Assembly (NCBI GenBank): GCA_017390195.1
Contig: JAFPCR010000088.1
Location: 1 to 40,914, forward strand
DNA from: Clostridia bacterium
Lineage (GTDB): Bacteria; Bacillota; Clostridia; Oscillospirales; CAG-272
Direction: 5' to 3'
Length of the DNA stretch: 40,914 nucleotides
In this document: piece by piece, positions 1-10,163 of the stretch
Numbering within the stretch: the stretch's first letter is position 1
Layout: every line of letters begins with the position of its first letter
Position numbers and translations under genes: made by a program
The notes under the pieces: model-generated
What the model saw: the letters and a program-made list of their open reading frames with translations, nothing else
Databases searched by the model: none
What the model was told of the DNA's origin: nothing

Positions 1-1098
1 GCATTAGGATAGTCCTTGATGTCAAAGCCTAGATCTTTATATGCTGTGTGCATCGGCAACGGCTTATAGTGAACATTGCAGGCAATACCCGCCTCTGCCA
101 TTTTGATGATGATCTCTCGACGCTCTTCATCAGTAGCTCCCGGGACCCTTGTAATATAAAGATGTCCGCTTGATGTATGCTCATCGGTATAATGCGGCAA
201 CACTTCCACACCGATAGGCTTCAAGACTGCATCATATTTTTCGATGATCTCTTTTCTTCTTGCCAACATAGAAGGATAACGTTCAAACTGTGCAAGTCCG
301 ACTGCTGCGGCGATATCGGTCATATTACACTTATAGAGGGGAGCGACAATATCATACTCCCATGCACCGAGCTGCGTCTTTGCAAGGGCATCTTTGGACT
401 GTCCGTGAAGAGAAAGAAGCTGTGCCTGTTTATATATTGCTTCATCGTCAATGCCGTCAATATGTCGCCATGTCATCGCACCGCCCTCTGCGGTCGTGAG
501 GTTTTTAACAGCATGGAAGCTAAAATTTGTAAAATCGGCTATCGAACCGACCATCTTACCCTGCCGATCCGCACCGAACGCATGAGCCGCATCTGCTACT
601 ATAGCAATTCTGCCGAGCTTTTCCTGAATCTCGTTAGACGGTTTGAAAAGGTGCTTCTTGCGTTCCACGACCTCAAAAATACGATCGTAATCACAAGGAA
701 CACCTCCCAAATCAACAGGAATGATTGCCTTTGTTTTTTCTGTAATGGCAGCTTCAAGGGCATCATAATCCATTTCAAGGCTATCCTTTTGACAGTCCAC
801 CATCACGACCTTTGCCCCTACATGGCAGACGACCGAAGCGGACGCAGTATATGTATATGCAGTTGTTATAACCTCGTCACCGCAACCGACCCCGAGAATA
901 CGCAAGGAGACCTCGGCACAAGCGGTCTGTGAATTAAGGCATACACTTTTAGGTGTATCGAGCCATTCAGCGATCTTCTTTTCAAGGAGCTTCGTCTTAG
1001 GACCCGTAGTGATCCAACCGGAACGAAGAGCATCTGCCACTAATTCAATTTCAGCTTCGCTGATATCGGGGGGGGAAAGGAATATTAAACTTCTTCAT
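1..1098 (-). CDS. DegT/DnrJ/EryC1/StrS-family PLP-dependent sugar aminotransferase; 3' end runs off the window; frameshift near the start
   Basis: Not in the ORF track. Manual minus-strand translation gives SPPDISEAEIELVADALRSGWITTGPKTK, GDEVITTAYTYTAS, the PLP-lysine motif SFHAVKNLTTAEGG and CNVHYKPLP, all in one frame from about 1094 to the window edge. The ATG at 1098 (MKKFNIPF) is out of frame with it. Confidence 0.9.
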
Positions 1099-1179
1099 AA
1101 TAGCACCATTTCTTTCTTGCTTGATATTTTAAGAGTGCGAGACATTTAAAAGCAATACTACCGCAGTATGATCTTCTAC

Positions 1180-1208
1180 ATTATATCATAATTATGCTTT
1201 TGTGTCAA
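1180..1208 (-). promoter_or_regulatory. sigmaA promoter of the aminotransferase gene
   Basis: TTGACA-17 nt-TATAAT with TGn extension on the minus strand. Confidence 0.8.
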
Positions 1209-1392
1209 TGCAAATCAAAGAACTTTCGCTTTAAACAAACAAATTTTTTGACGTTTTTCAATAAAATATTTTGGCATTATTACCATACCCATTGTAAAAT
1301 CGGATTTTTGCTTAACGGTTTTATTTTTAAACAAAAAAACATTTTCTGAAATTGCAATCAAAGCCGATCTATACTTGTAATAATAAAATAAG

Positions 1393-1433
1393 CAAGGCTT
1401 CGAAGTGAGGTATATCCTCTCTCCGAAGCCTTG
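1393..1433 (-). terminator. Intrinsic terminator after the aldo/keto reductase
   Basis: caaggcttcg...cgaagccttg hairpin followed by a T-rich tract on the minus strand. Confidence 0.7.
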
Positions 1434-1467
1434 TCAAAAAGCAAAATGACTTCTGCTCCCGATACCG

Positions 1468-2460
1468 TCATAAAACTATTTCGTCTATCAAGTCGAGTTC
1501 CTCTTTGGTAAACTCGGTGTTTTTGAGCATACCGATATTGTCAAGTATCTGCTCCGGCTTTGATGCCCCAACAAGCACACTCGTTACGTTCTTGTGGCTG
1601 TACACCCACGCAAGTGACATTTGTGCGAGGCTCTGCCCTCTCTTTTTTGCAAGCTCATTGAGCTTTTGTATCTTCAAAAGATTTCCCTCGGTCAGACTCT
1701 TTTCGTTCAAAAATCTTCCGTCTGTGCGAACACGGCTGTCCTCGGGGATACCGTGAAGATATCTGTCAGTAAGCATTCCCTGTGCAAGCGGGCTGAATAT
1801 TATAAGTCCCTTTTTATCCTCACCGCAGGCGTTCAGAAGTTGATTGCTTTCAATCGTTCTGTCCATGATGGAATATCGGTTTTGATTGATAACAAAGGGG
1901 CATTTCAATTCTTTAAGTATGGCTGCCGCAGCTTTCATAGTCTCACCGTCGTAGTTTGAAAGTCCTACATAAAGTGCCTTTCCGCTCTTCACGATGCTGT
2001 CGAGTGCTCCCATAGTCTCTTCAAGCGGTGTGTCCTTATCCATACGGTGATGGTAGAATATATCCACATAGTCAAGTCCCATACGGCGAAGGCTTTGATC
2101 TATACTTGCTATAAGATATTTTCTGCTTCCAAAGTCACCGTAAGGCCCCTGCCACATATAATAACCAGCCTTGGTGCTTACGATCAGCTCATCACGGTAT
2201 GCAGACATATGATCCTTCAATATCCTGCCGAAGTTGCGTTCTGCCGAACCCGCCTCAGGCCCGTAATTGTTAGCAAGGTCGAAGTGTGTTATGCCGTTAT
2301 CAAAGGCGGTAAAACACATTTTACACATATTATCAAAATCCGCATTATCCCCAAAGTTGTGCCAAAGCCCCAGCGACACCGCACCAAGCTTCAGGCCGCT
2401 TTCTCCGCATTTATTGTATTTCATCTCGGAATAGCGTTCGTTGTTTGCAATATAACTCAT
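1468..2460 (-). CDS. Aldo/keto reductase (YghZ/Gpr-like L-glyceraldehyde-3-phosphate reductase)
   Basis: SLGLWHNFG, FDLANNYGP, STKAGY and YVDIFYHHR motifs; GGAG RBS. Confidence 0.9.
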   Translation of the reverse strand: MSYIANNERYSEMKYNKCGESGLKLGAVSLGLWHNFGDNADFDNMCKMCFTAFDNGITHFDLANNYGPEAGSAERNFGRILKDHMSAYRDELIVSTKAGYYMWQGPYGDFGSRKYLIASIDQSLRRMGLDYVDIFYHHRMDKDTPLEETMGALDSIVKSGKALYVGLSNYDGETMKAAAAILKELKCPFVINQNRYSIMDRTIESNQLLNACGEDKKGLIIFSPLAQGMLTDRYLHGIPEDSRVRTDGRFLNEKSLTEGNLLKIQKLNELAKKRGQSLAQMSLAWVYSHKNVTSVLVGASKPEQILDNIGMLKNTEFTKEELDLIDEIVL

Positions 2461-2504
2461 ATTTTTCTCCGTTCTATTTTTTTAAATTCAGGGCACAGGG
2501 ATGA

Positions 2505-4409
2505 TTACATCTGTTCAACTTCCTCGGAAAGCACCGTCCATTCGGCTACAAGGGGTTCTATTTTATCGTCAAGCTCTTTTTCCTTTTGGTTAAGCTCTTC
2601 GACTTTTTTATAGTCCGCATAAAGAGACGGATCATTCTCAAACTCGGCATTGAGTTGCTCTTTCTCTTTTTCGAGCAGGTCTATCTTTTCTTCCAAAACT
2701 GCGATCCTGTGCAGTTTTTTGTTCTTTTCTTTTTCGTTTGAGACAAATCTGACCTTTTTGGGCTTAACCTCTTCAACCTTTTCGGCAAACTCGGTCATAT
2801 CGGGTTTCGGCTTGATCTTTTCATATTCTGCGTAGGTATAGGGATAAAGCGAAAGCCCTGACCCGTCGAACACCGCAAGACGTGTACATACTCTGTCTAC
2901 AAAATATCTGTCATGCGACACTGTTATCACCGTTCCGCTGTATTCCTTGAGCATATTTTCGAGAGCGTTCTTGCCAATTATATCCATATGGTTTGTCGGC
3001 TCGTCTAAGATGAGCAGGTTTGGCTTTTTCTTAAATATCTTACACAGTGCAAGTCTTACCTTCTCTCCGCCCGATAGGTTCCCGACGATCTTAAAAACAT
3101 CCTCTCCCGTGAACAAAAACGAGGCAAGCGAGCTTCTGCACTCCCCGTTAGAAAGACCGGGAAAAGAATTTTGAAAGTCCTCCAACACCGTCAAGGGAGA
3201 ATAGTTTTGTGTCATAGTCTGGTCGAAATAGCCTATGTTGACGTGAAGTCCTTTCTTTATATCCCCCGAAATGGCGGGGATAATTCCCATAATGGTTTTA
3301 ATAAGCGTAGACTTTCCCGTACCGTTTCTTCCGATGATACCGAGCTTTTCACCACGCTTTATAAGTGTGTCGATCTCGCCGAGCGGTCTGTCATATCCAA
3401 AGACCAGCTTGTTCAGCCAAAGTGCCTTTTCGACACTTTCCTCGCTAGGTGTAAAACCCGCCCTGAACGCCGTCGTATCAAAGGCAAACGGAACTTCGGC
3501 AGGTCCCATTTTACTGAGCAATTTGATCTTTGACTGTGCCATCCTTGCCTTGGTCGGTTTGTATCTGAAGCGTTCAACTAACGCCGATAGTCTTGCGATC
3601 TCCTTTTGCTTTAAGATCGCATCCTTTAATGCCTTGTCGTAGTCCTGCTGCTTTTGAATTGTAAACGACGTATAGTTGCCGTTATAACACTTTGTCTCAC
3701 CGTACTCGATCTCGTATACCTTGGAAACGGTCTTGTCCAAAAACATTCTGTCGTGAGACACTACGATAAAGGCGTTCTTATACCCTATCAAATAGTTTTC
3801 AAGCCACTCTATCGCCTCTAAGTCAAGATGGTTCGTCGGCTCGTCCAAAAGCAGTACTTCGGGCTTTGAAAGCAACAATGTAAGCAGTGCAATCTTGGTT
3901 CGTTGTCCTCCCGAAAACTCGCACAGAGGCTTTTTCAGATCTGTCTCGCTAAATCCGAAAGCCTTTGCCGCCACATGATATTCCTTTTTATAGGTGTATC
4001 CGCCAAGTCTTTCGTAATCTTCGTTTAGCCGTGAAAATGCGTTGACCGTCTTTTCACAGGAATCTGTCGAAAGCTTTTCAGTGTAAGCCTTTATTTTGTC
4101 CTCTATTTCCAAAAGCTCCGCATATGCAGAAAGAAGCTCGTCCTCAAGCGTTATATCCGAAAGTCCGTCAAAGCTCTGCTTCAGCGTTCCGATGACTGCT
4201 CCGCCCGTTTTTGAGAATGAAAAATCAGACGTACCCGTACCGGGGACAAGCTCGACCTCACCTGAGATAGCTTTGAGCAGTGTAGTCTTACCGCAACCGT
4301 TTCTTCCGACTATGGCAACCTTTTCTTTATTATTCAGCGTAAAATTTATTTCTGTTAAAATAGGCTCGCCGTCGTATTCGACCGAACCGTTAACGATGGA
4401 TATCTGCAT
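2505..4409 (-). CDS. ABC-F family ATPase
   Basis: Two ABC domains (GRNGCGKTT, FSGGQ, LLDEPTNHLD; GRNGTGKST, LSGGE, LDEPTNH), no TM helices, C-terminal coiled coil. Confidence 0.92.
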   Translation of the reverse strand: MQISIVNGSVEYDGEPILTEINFTLNNKEKVAIVGRNGCGKTTLLKAISGEVELVPGTGTSDFSFSKTGGAVIGTLKQSFDGLSDITLEDELLSAYAELLEIEDKIKAYTEKLSTDSCEKTVNAFSRLNEDYERLGGYTYKKEYHVAAKAFGFSETDLKKPLCEFSGGQRTKIALLTLLLSKPEVLLLDEPTNHLDLEAIEWLENYLIGYKNAFIVVSHDRMFLDKTVSKVYEIEYGETKCYNGNYTSFTIQKQQDYDKALKDAILKQKEIARLSALVERFRYKPTKARMAQSKIKLLSKMGPAEVPFAFDTTAFRAGFTPSEESVEKALWLNKLVFGYDRPLGEIDTLIKRGEKLGIIGRNGTGKSTLIKTIMGIIPAISGDIKKGLHVNIGYFDQTMTQNYSPLTVLEDFQNSFPGLSNGECRSSLASFLFTGEDVFKIVGNLSGGEKVRLALCKIFKKKPNLLILDEPTNHMDIIGKNALENMLKEYSGTVITVSHDRYFVDRVCTRLAVFDGSGLSLYPYTYAEYEKIKPKPDMTEFAEKVEEVKPKKVRFVSNEKEKNKKLHRIAVLEEKIDLLEKEKEQLNAEFENDPSLYADYKKVEELNQKEKELDDKIEPLVAEWTVLSEEVEQM

Positions 4410-4475
4410 AGTTATATTAAAGTTCCTTTGATATTAGTGCATTTGTTGTTTGCAGAGTTTAATGGCCTCCGTAAC

Positions 4476-4988
4476 TTAATCGTAAAAAACTCTGCCCTCG
4501 TTGATCACGGTCTTTTCCTTTTCCTCCTTGGCGTAACCGAGAACGCAAAAGCCTATGCCCTCAACATCATCCTCGATACCCCATTTTTTGAGGAGCTTCT
4601 TTCCTTCGTCGCTCTCAAATATCTCTTTTGCACGGTGTATCCATCTCGAATCAACGCCCAACGCCCATGCGGCGTTCATAAGATTCCCCATGGCAAGACC
4701 GCCGTCGTATATATAGGTACACTCTTTCTTTACCAAAACTATGATCAGATCTTTTGCTCCGTAGAAATGGTCGTGTTCCATTGAACCAACAGCGGCATTC
4801 ATAGCAGACAGCTTTGACACAGTGTCATCATTAGTCACTACTACAAATCGAGGAGTCTGCATATTTCTTCCCGTAGGTGCATTAAGACCTGCGGCTACGA
4901 TCTGATCGATCAATTCTCTGTCAACGTGCCTGTCCTGATAGCATTTGCAGCTCTTTCTGCTTATAAGATCTTTTACTGTTTCATTCAT
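4476..4988 (-). CDS. Nitroreductase family protein
   Basis: RKSCK, AGLNAPTGRNMQ and LMNAAWALGVDSRWI motifs. Confidence 0.88.
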   Translation of the reverse strand: MNETVKDLISRKSCKCYQDRHVDRELIDQIVAAGLNAPTGRNMQTPRFVVVTNDDTVSKLSAMNAAVGSMEHDHFYGAKDLIIVLVKKECTYIYDGGLAMGNLMNAAWALGVDSRWIHRAKEIFESDEGKKLLKKWGIEDDVEGIGFCVLGYAKEEKEKTVINEGRVFYD

Positions 4989-5138
4989 GACGGTTTCTCC
5001 TATGATAATTCATTTGCATTATAGTACATTTTATCATTTTCCTATTTGAATTTCAATCGTCTTTTAAAATTTATGTCAAAGAGTTTTTCCCAAAGTCCCA
5101 TCGAAAATAGATAGAGTATCCACATTTCGACAAAAGTC

Positions 5139-5167
5139 TTGCAAAAAATATCTTTATATGATATAAT
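5139..5167 (+). promoter_or_regulatory. sigmaA promoter
   Basis: TTGCAA-17 nt-TATAAT with TGn. Confidence 0.7.
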
Positions 5168-5219
5168 ATAGCCGTTGTTTGTGTCTATAATCATTTAAAA
5201 AGCAGAAAGGATTTTATCT

Positions 5220-6011
5220 ATGGGCGATCTTCTCAATATGAAGTGGGGGACTTTTACCCCTCAGCACTTTATTTCCTTGGTTGTCAGTTTGGCTCTCTCG
5301 GTCAGTCTTCACTTTATTCTCAGAAAAAAGAGTGACAAGACAAAACGCTTGGTGCTGTTTATTTTATCCTTCCTCGGACCTATCGCACTTTTGCATGATA
5401 TGTCATGGGGATTGAGAACATCTATGCTGCTCTATCTTCCCTTTCACTTGTGTTCATTTAATGCGATCCTTACACCCATTCTCGTCTGGACTCGAAACCG
5501 TTTCCTCGGAAATCTTATTCCTCTTTTCAGTGTAGGATCGGCTCTTTCGCTTATCTTCAACACCGTTCAGGCAGAATACTCGATATTCAGCTTCGTTTTC
5601 CTGTTCCATTTTATCTCTCACACGATCGGATACTGTATTCCATTCCTTATGTTCTCGCTCGGATTGGTCAAGCCACACCCCAAATATATTCTTCCCTGCG
5701 TCGGCACGACATTCGGGCTTTATACGATCGCTCACTTTGTCAATCTCTTTGTAAATGAGATCCTCAAGGCACAGAATATCCTTGACAGCACAGGAACGCT
5801 TTACCAGGTCAATTATATGTTTTCTCTTGACCCACAGGGCAACCCCGTACTTATGCTCTGCTGGAACTTGATCCCTTACCAGTATTTCTATATGCTCGCA
5901 GTTATTCCCATCATTGCTCTTGCGTTCGGCTCAATGAATATCGGCTTTATTATCCGATACATCAAAAGTAAACGCAATCACGAGAACGAGCCTTTGGCAA
6001 TAGAAGAATAG
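5220..6011 (+). CDS. YwaF-like integral membrane protein
   Basis: Several TM helices; WGTFTPQH, LPFHLCS, FISH and NYMF motifs typical of the YwaF/TMEM164-like family. Confidence 0.75.
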   Translation: MGDLLNMKWGTFTPQHFISLVVSLALSVSLHFILRKKSDKTKRLVLFILSFLGPIALLHDMSWGLRTSMLLYLPFHLCSFNAILTPILVWTRNRFLGNLIPLFSVGSALSLIFNTVQAEYSIFSFVFLFHFISHTIGYCIPFLMFSLGLVKPHPKYILPCVGTTFGLYTIAHFVNLFVNEILKAQNILDSTGTLYQVNYMFSLDPQGNPVLMLCWNLIPYQYFYMLAVIPIIALAFGSMNIGFIIRYIKSKRNHENEPLAIEE

Positions 6012-6055
6012 ACAAAAACAGGCTGATCCACTTCAGTGGATCAGCCTGTTTTTGT
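6012..6055. terminator. Bidirectional terminator between convergent genes
   Basis: Perfect 21-bp inverted repeat acaaaaacaggctgatccact-tc-agtggatcagcctgtttttgt. Confidence 0.85.
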
Positions 6056-6136
6056 TTGCTTAAAGCTGAAAGTCAGCCGATGCGATATTTCTTTCTTGTG
6101 TTGCCCGGAAAGCTCCGTTTGACCTCTCCGTATATG

Positions 6137-7084
6137 TTATATTTTAATATTTTTAATTGTATCCTTGAGTACTTCTGCACTCCTTCTGAGCAATTTGATC
6201 TCTTCGTCACTGAGAGGAAGAATAACACGGCTGCGAATTCCCTCATTTCCTACAACTGCAAGTGCACTGAGACACACATCGTCAATGCCGTACTCGCCGT
6301 GCATCATAGTGGAAACAGTCATCGTTGTATCGATACCGCTGAGCAGTGCCTTTACTATGTATGAAACAGACATAGATACTGCATAGAATGTAGCACCCTT
6401 TCTTGCGATTACTCGGCTTCCCGATTTACGTACATATTCTTCGATCTCAGCATAATCAAGTGGCGGAATGACTCTGTTCTCACTCTTGAATCTGTCATGA
6501 CACTGGGCTATCGGAACGTTCGAAATGTTGGCAAGAGACCACGGAATGAAGCAAGAATCACCATGCTCGCCGAGAACGTATGCGTGTACGTTGCTCTGGT
6601 TGATCGAGAAATACTCGGAAAGTCTTGCACGGAGACGTGACGTATCAAGGATCGTACCGGAACCGATAATGCGATGCTCGGGAATACCTGAGCATTTGCA
6701 GAATACATATGTAAGTATATCAACGGGGTTGCTTACGATAAGGTACACAGCGTCAGGTGCTGCATACTTTGTAACCTCTCCGATGATACCCTTCATGATA
6801 CCTACGTTGGTCTGGGTAAGCTCGAGACGTGTCTGACCTGATTTTCTCGGAATTCCTGATGTTATAATAACGATGTTCGCACCCTTGATGTCAGAATACG
6901 AGCCTGCGTGAACTGTACAGGGGTTGCAGAATGAAACGCCCTGTCTTATGTCCAATGCTTCACCGAGAGCTTTCGCTTCATTGATATCTACCATAACTAT
7001 TTCAGACGCAAGTCCATTTACCGTAAGTGTGTAGGCAACGGTAGATCCAACGTTACCGCTTCCTATAATGGCAATTTTGTTCAT
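6137..7084 (-). CDS. ldh: L-lactate dehydrogenase
   Basis: GSGNVG Rossmann motif; GQTRLEL, SNPVD, GTILDTSR, LGEHGDS and KGATFYAV. Confidence 0.92.
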   Translation of the reverse strand: MNKIAIIGSGNVGSTVAYTLTVNGLASEIVMVDINEAKALGEALDIRQGVSFCNPCTVHAGSYSDIKGANIVIITSGIPRKSGQTRLELTQTNVGIMKGIIGEVTKYAAPDAVYLIVSNPVDILTYVFCKCSGIPEHRIIGSGTILDTSRLRARLSEYFSINQSNVHAYVLGEHGDSCFIPWSLANISNVPIAQCHDRFKSENRVIPPLDYAEIEEYVRKSGSRVIARKGATFYAVSMSVSYIVKALLSGIDTTMTVSTMMHGEYGIDDVCLSALAVVGNEGIRSRVILPLSDEEIKLLRRSAEVLKDTIKNIKI

Positions 7085-7209
7085 AGTGAAATTCTCCTGT
7101 TTTGATATTGTTTCTGTTGCTTATTTTTTATTTTTAACTGCCGTACTGTTGATATACCCGAACCCAAGTGATTTCAACGGTGTTGGCGTTTTTGTTTTCG
7201 AAATGCTTT

Positions 7210-7974
7210 TTAAATTTCCCGTTTTTCAACTTTTTTCAAGCATATATCATACCCGAAAAGCAGATTTTTCACATCGTGACAATCCGAGGAGAAAACGAGC
7301 TTCTTATTCGCTTTTTTGAGTCTTTCGATTATCTCGTCGCTCGGATAAACGTCCTTTTTGTATCCTCTTGCGATCGCACCGGTGTTTATCTCAAAGGCAA
7401 CAGCCTCTTTTTCGAGCATCTCCAATGCGCCGAAGCAAGCATCACGGTATCTTTTGTCGTCTGTATCGAACAGCGTGTTTCCGTCGTTGTAGATAGTTAT
7501 TAGATCAAAATGCCCTACTATGTCGCATTTTGTTTTTTGATAAACGTCCGAAACGGTTCGGTAGTAGTCTTCGACAAACGAATAGTAGTCGCCGCAGTAA
7601 TAACGCTCGACTATCTCCTTTTGAGATTCCATGCTTTCGTCGATCGGCAGATATACACCGTCTTTTTTTACATAGTGTACCGAGCCTATCACATAATCGT
7701 AATCGTCTGTGGGTTCTGACGCATAATAATCCTGCTCTATTCCGAGATATATCCTGATCCTTTCGCCGTATTTTTCTTTGAGACGGCGGATCTCGTCCTT
7801 GTAATTTTGAGTTGCGTCAAGCGACATACAGTAGCTCTCATCAAAGAAAGTATACGAATGTCCCGAAAATCCTATCTCGGCACAACCGAGCCTGATAGCC
7901 TCAAGCACAAGCTCCTCGGGGGTGTTTTTCCCATCGCAAAATGTTGTATGCGTGTGATAGTTACACTTTATCAT
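7210..7974 (-). CDS. hisK: PHP-family histidinol-phosphatase
   Basis: HTHTTFCDG, GSVH, GHFD and SSDCH motifs; last gene of the his operon, overlapping the hisIE stop. Confidence 0.85.
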   Translation of the reverse strand: MIKCNYHTHTTFCDGKNTPEELVLEAIRLGCAEIGFSGHSYTFFDESYCMSLDATQNYKDEIRRLKEKYGERIRIYLGIEQDYYASEPTDDYDYVIGSVHYVKKDGVYLPIDESMESQKEIVERYYCGDYYSFVEDYYRTVSDVYQKTKCDIVGHFDLITIYNDGNTLFDTDDKRYRDACFGALEMLEKEAVAFEINTGAIARGYKKDVYPSDEIIERLKKANKKLVFSSDCHDVKNLLFGYDICLKKVEKREI

Positions 7975-8621
7975 TTTGTCATTTTCTCTTGCTTTACTTT
8001 GTGGTCGATAATGTGACGTGATGCAAGCTCTCTGTGTACGTCCTCAACGGTGATCCCCATCTGTACCATAAGCACCATTGCATGATATGCAAGGTCTGCA
8101 AGCTCGTATACAGTCTCGTTTTTATCGTCTGCCTTGCCTGCGATAATGACCTCTGTACATTCCTCACCGACTTTTTTCAAAATTTTGTCGATTCCCTTCT
8201 GGAAAAGATAGGTTGTATAAGAACCCTCGGGCATATTTTCTTTTCTTCCCATAAGAAGATCGTAAAGTCCCTGCAAAGAAAACTCCCCAAGCTCTTCACT
8301 CTGCCAAACGGGCTTTGTGAAGCAGGAATCTGTTCCCGTATGGCATGCAGGGCCGTCTTTTTCAACAACGACGACCAGAGCGTCATTGTCACAATCGGCA
8401 GTGATGCTAACGATATGCTGATAGTTTCCGCTCGTCTCACCCTTTAACCAAAGCTTTTGTCTTGAACGGCTGAAAAAGCAGGTGAGTCCCTTTTCCATCG
8501 AGATCTCCAGACTTTCTTTGTTCATGTATGCGACCGTCAATACTTTTTTTGTTATCGAATCGACCACAACTGCGGGAATAAGTCCGTCTTTATCAAATTT
8601 AAGTTCATTTACATCGATCAT
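7971..8621 (-). CDS. hisIE: Bifunctional phosphoribosyl-AMP cyclohydrolase / phosphoribosyl-ATP pyrophosphatase
   Basis: WLKGETSG, DCDNDAL, ACHTG and SYT...KKVGEE motifs. Confidence 0.95.
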   Translation of the reverse strand: MIDVNELKFDKDGLIPAVVVDSITKKVLTVAYMNKESLEISMEKGLTCFFSRSRQKLWLKGETSGNYQHIVSITADCDNDALVVVVEKDGPACHTGTDSCFTKPVWQSEELGEFSLQGLYDLLMGRKENMPEGSYTTYLFQKGIDKILKKVGEECTEVIIAGKADDKNETVYELADLAYHAMVLMVQMGITVEDVHRELASRHIIDHKVKQEKMTK

Positions 8622-8689
8622 TTATATTACCGTAGGCTCTGCCAAGGCAGACGCCTTCCTTTCTCTGCGGCACACTTGCCGAAATTTTA

Positions 8690-9448
8690 TTACAGTCTTA
8701 CGCTTATATCATTTTTATGCAGTTCTTTTTTCAGATCAGGTATCTTGATCTCTCCAAAATGGAACACCGAGGCTGCAAGGCCTGCATCTATGTCGGGTAT
8801 CTCGTTGAACAGATCAACGAAATCACGCACGCACCCCGCTCCGCCCGAAGCGATAACAGGCACGTTCACGGCATCGCAGACAGCTTTCAGCATCTCGATA
8901 TCAAAGCCTTTTTTCACTCCGTCGGTATCTATCGAATTGACTACGACCTCACCCGCTCCAAGCTCTACGCATTTCTTTATCCAAGCAATCGCTTCCATGC
9001 CTGTATTTTCTCTGCCACCCTTGGAAAACACGGTAAATTTGCCGTCAACACGCTTGATATCGGCAGAAATAACAACGCACTGATTTCCGTATTTTTGAGC
9101 TGCTCTGCGGATCAAGTCGGGATCTTTTATCGCTCCCGAATTTACGCTGACCTTATCGGCACCGCATTTGAGAACACGGTCAAAGTCCTCTGTCGTGTTG
9201 ATCCCTCCGCCTACCGTAAGCGGAATGAAAATAGTGCTTGCCACTTCTCTCAAAATATCAGTAAACAGACGTCTACCCTCAAATGACGCAGTGATATCGT
9301 AAAAGACCAGCTCGTCAGCTCCGTTATCCGAATAATATTTTGCCAATTCAACGGGCGACGAAACGTCCGAAAGTCCCGAAAAGTTTACTCCCTTTACCAC
9401 CCTGCCGTCTTTTACGTCAAGGCAGGGTATGATGCGTTTTTTTATCAT
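8690..9448 (-). CDS. hisF: Imidazole glycerol phosphate synthase cyclase subunit
   Basis: RIIPCLDV, GADEL, TVGGGI and ASGGAG motifs. Confidence 0.97.
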   Translation of the reverse strand: MIKKRIIPCLDVKDGRVVKGVNFSGLSDVSSPVELAKYYSDNGADELVFYDITASFEGRRLFTDILREVASTIFIPLTVGGGINTTEDFDRVLKCGADKVSVNSGAIKDPDLIRRAAQKYGNQCVVISADIKRVDGKFTVFSKGGRENTGMEAIAWIKKCVELGAGEVVVNSIDTDGVKKGFDIEMLKAVCDAVNVPVIASGGAGCVRDFVDLFNEIPDIDAGLAASVFHFGEIKIPDLKKELHKNDISVRL

Positions 9449-10158
9449 TTGGCGACCTCCAACGCTTCCACAAGGTCGATCGCTCCGGTGTAGTAAGCCT
9501 TGCCTATGATAGCACCGTACAGTCCCATCTCGGCTAACTTCTGTATATCCTCGATGCCCGAAACTCCACCCGATGCGGTGATGTCAACAGTGTACTTTTC
9601 AGAAAGCTCACGGTACATTCCGAGATTCGTTCCCTTCATTGCACCGTCCTTTGAGATGTCGGTACAGATAATGTTTTTTACTCCGAGCTTTTGCATTTTG
9701 AGGACAAAAGCATCAAGCGTGATCTCGGTCTTTTCTATCCAGCCCTTGATGGCGATAAATCCGTCCTTCACGTCTGCACCTACGGCGATCTTCGAGCCGT
9801 ACTTTTCTATTGCGGTCTTTAGAAAATCCTCATCGTTTACAGCAGCCGTGCCGAGTATCACTCTCTGCACCCCCGCCGCAAAATATCTGTCTACCGTCTC
9901 CATACTTCTGATACCGCCGCCTATCTCGCAAAACAGCGAGGTCTTTTTTGCGATCTCTTCAACTATGCAAAGATTAGGTGTCGTTCCGTCCTTTGCTCCC
10001 TCCAGATCCACCATATGTATGTGTGTAGCTCCGCAGGCTTCAAAATCACGTGCGATCTCAAGCGGATCGTCACTGTAAACAGTCATATTTTCGTAATCGC
10101 CCTTGTAAAGACGAACTGCTTTTTTATCGTATAGATCTATTGCAGGAAATAAAATCAT
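9445..10158 (-). CDS. hisA: ProFAR isomerase
   Basis: FPAIDL, HMVDLEGA, GGGIRS and TDISKDG motifs. Confidence 0.96.
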   Translation of the reverse strand: MILFPAIDLYDKKAVRLYKGDYENMTVYSDDPLEIARDFEACGATHIHMVDLEGAKDGTTPNLCIVEEIAKKTSLFCEIGGGIRSMETVDRYFAAGVQRVILGTAAVNDEDFLKTAIEKYGSKIAVGADVKDGFIAIKGWIEKTEITLDAFVLKMQKLGVKNIICTDISKDGAMKGTNLGMYRELSEKYTVDITASGGVSGIEDIQKLAEMGLYGAIIGKAYYTGAIDLVEALEVAK

Positions 10159-10163
10159 CTTCT

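Noticed and set aside
177-932. 251-aa plus-strand ORF and similar long antisense ORFs (e.g. 12686-13639, 22319-23662)
   Set aside because: Antisense shadows of recognisable genes on the other strand, with no motifs of their own.
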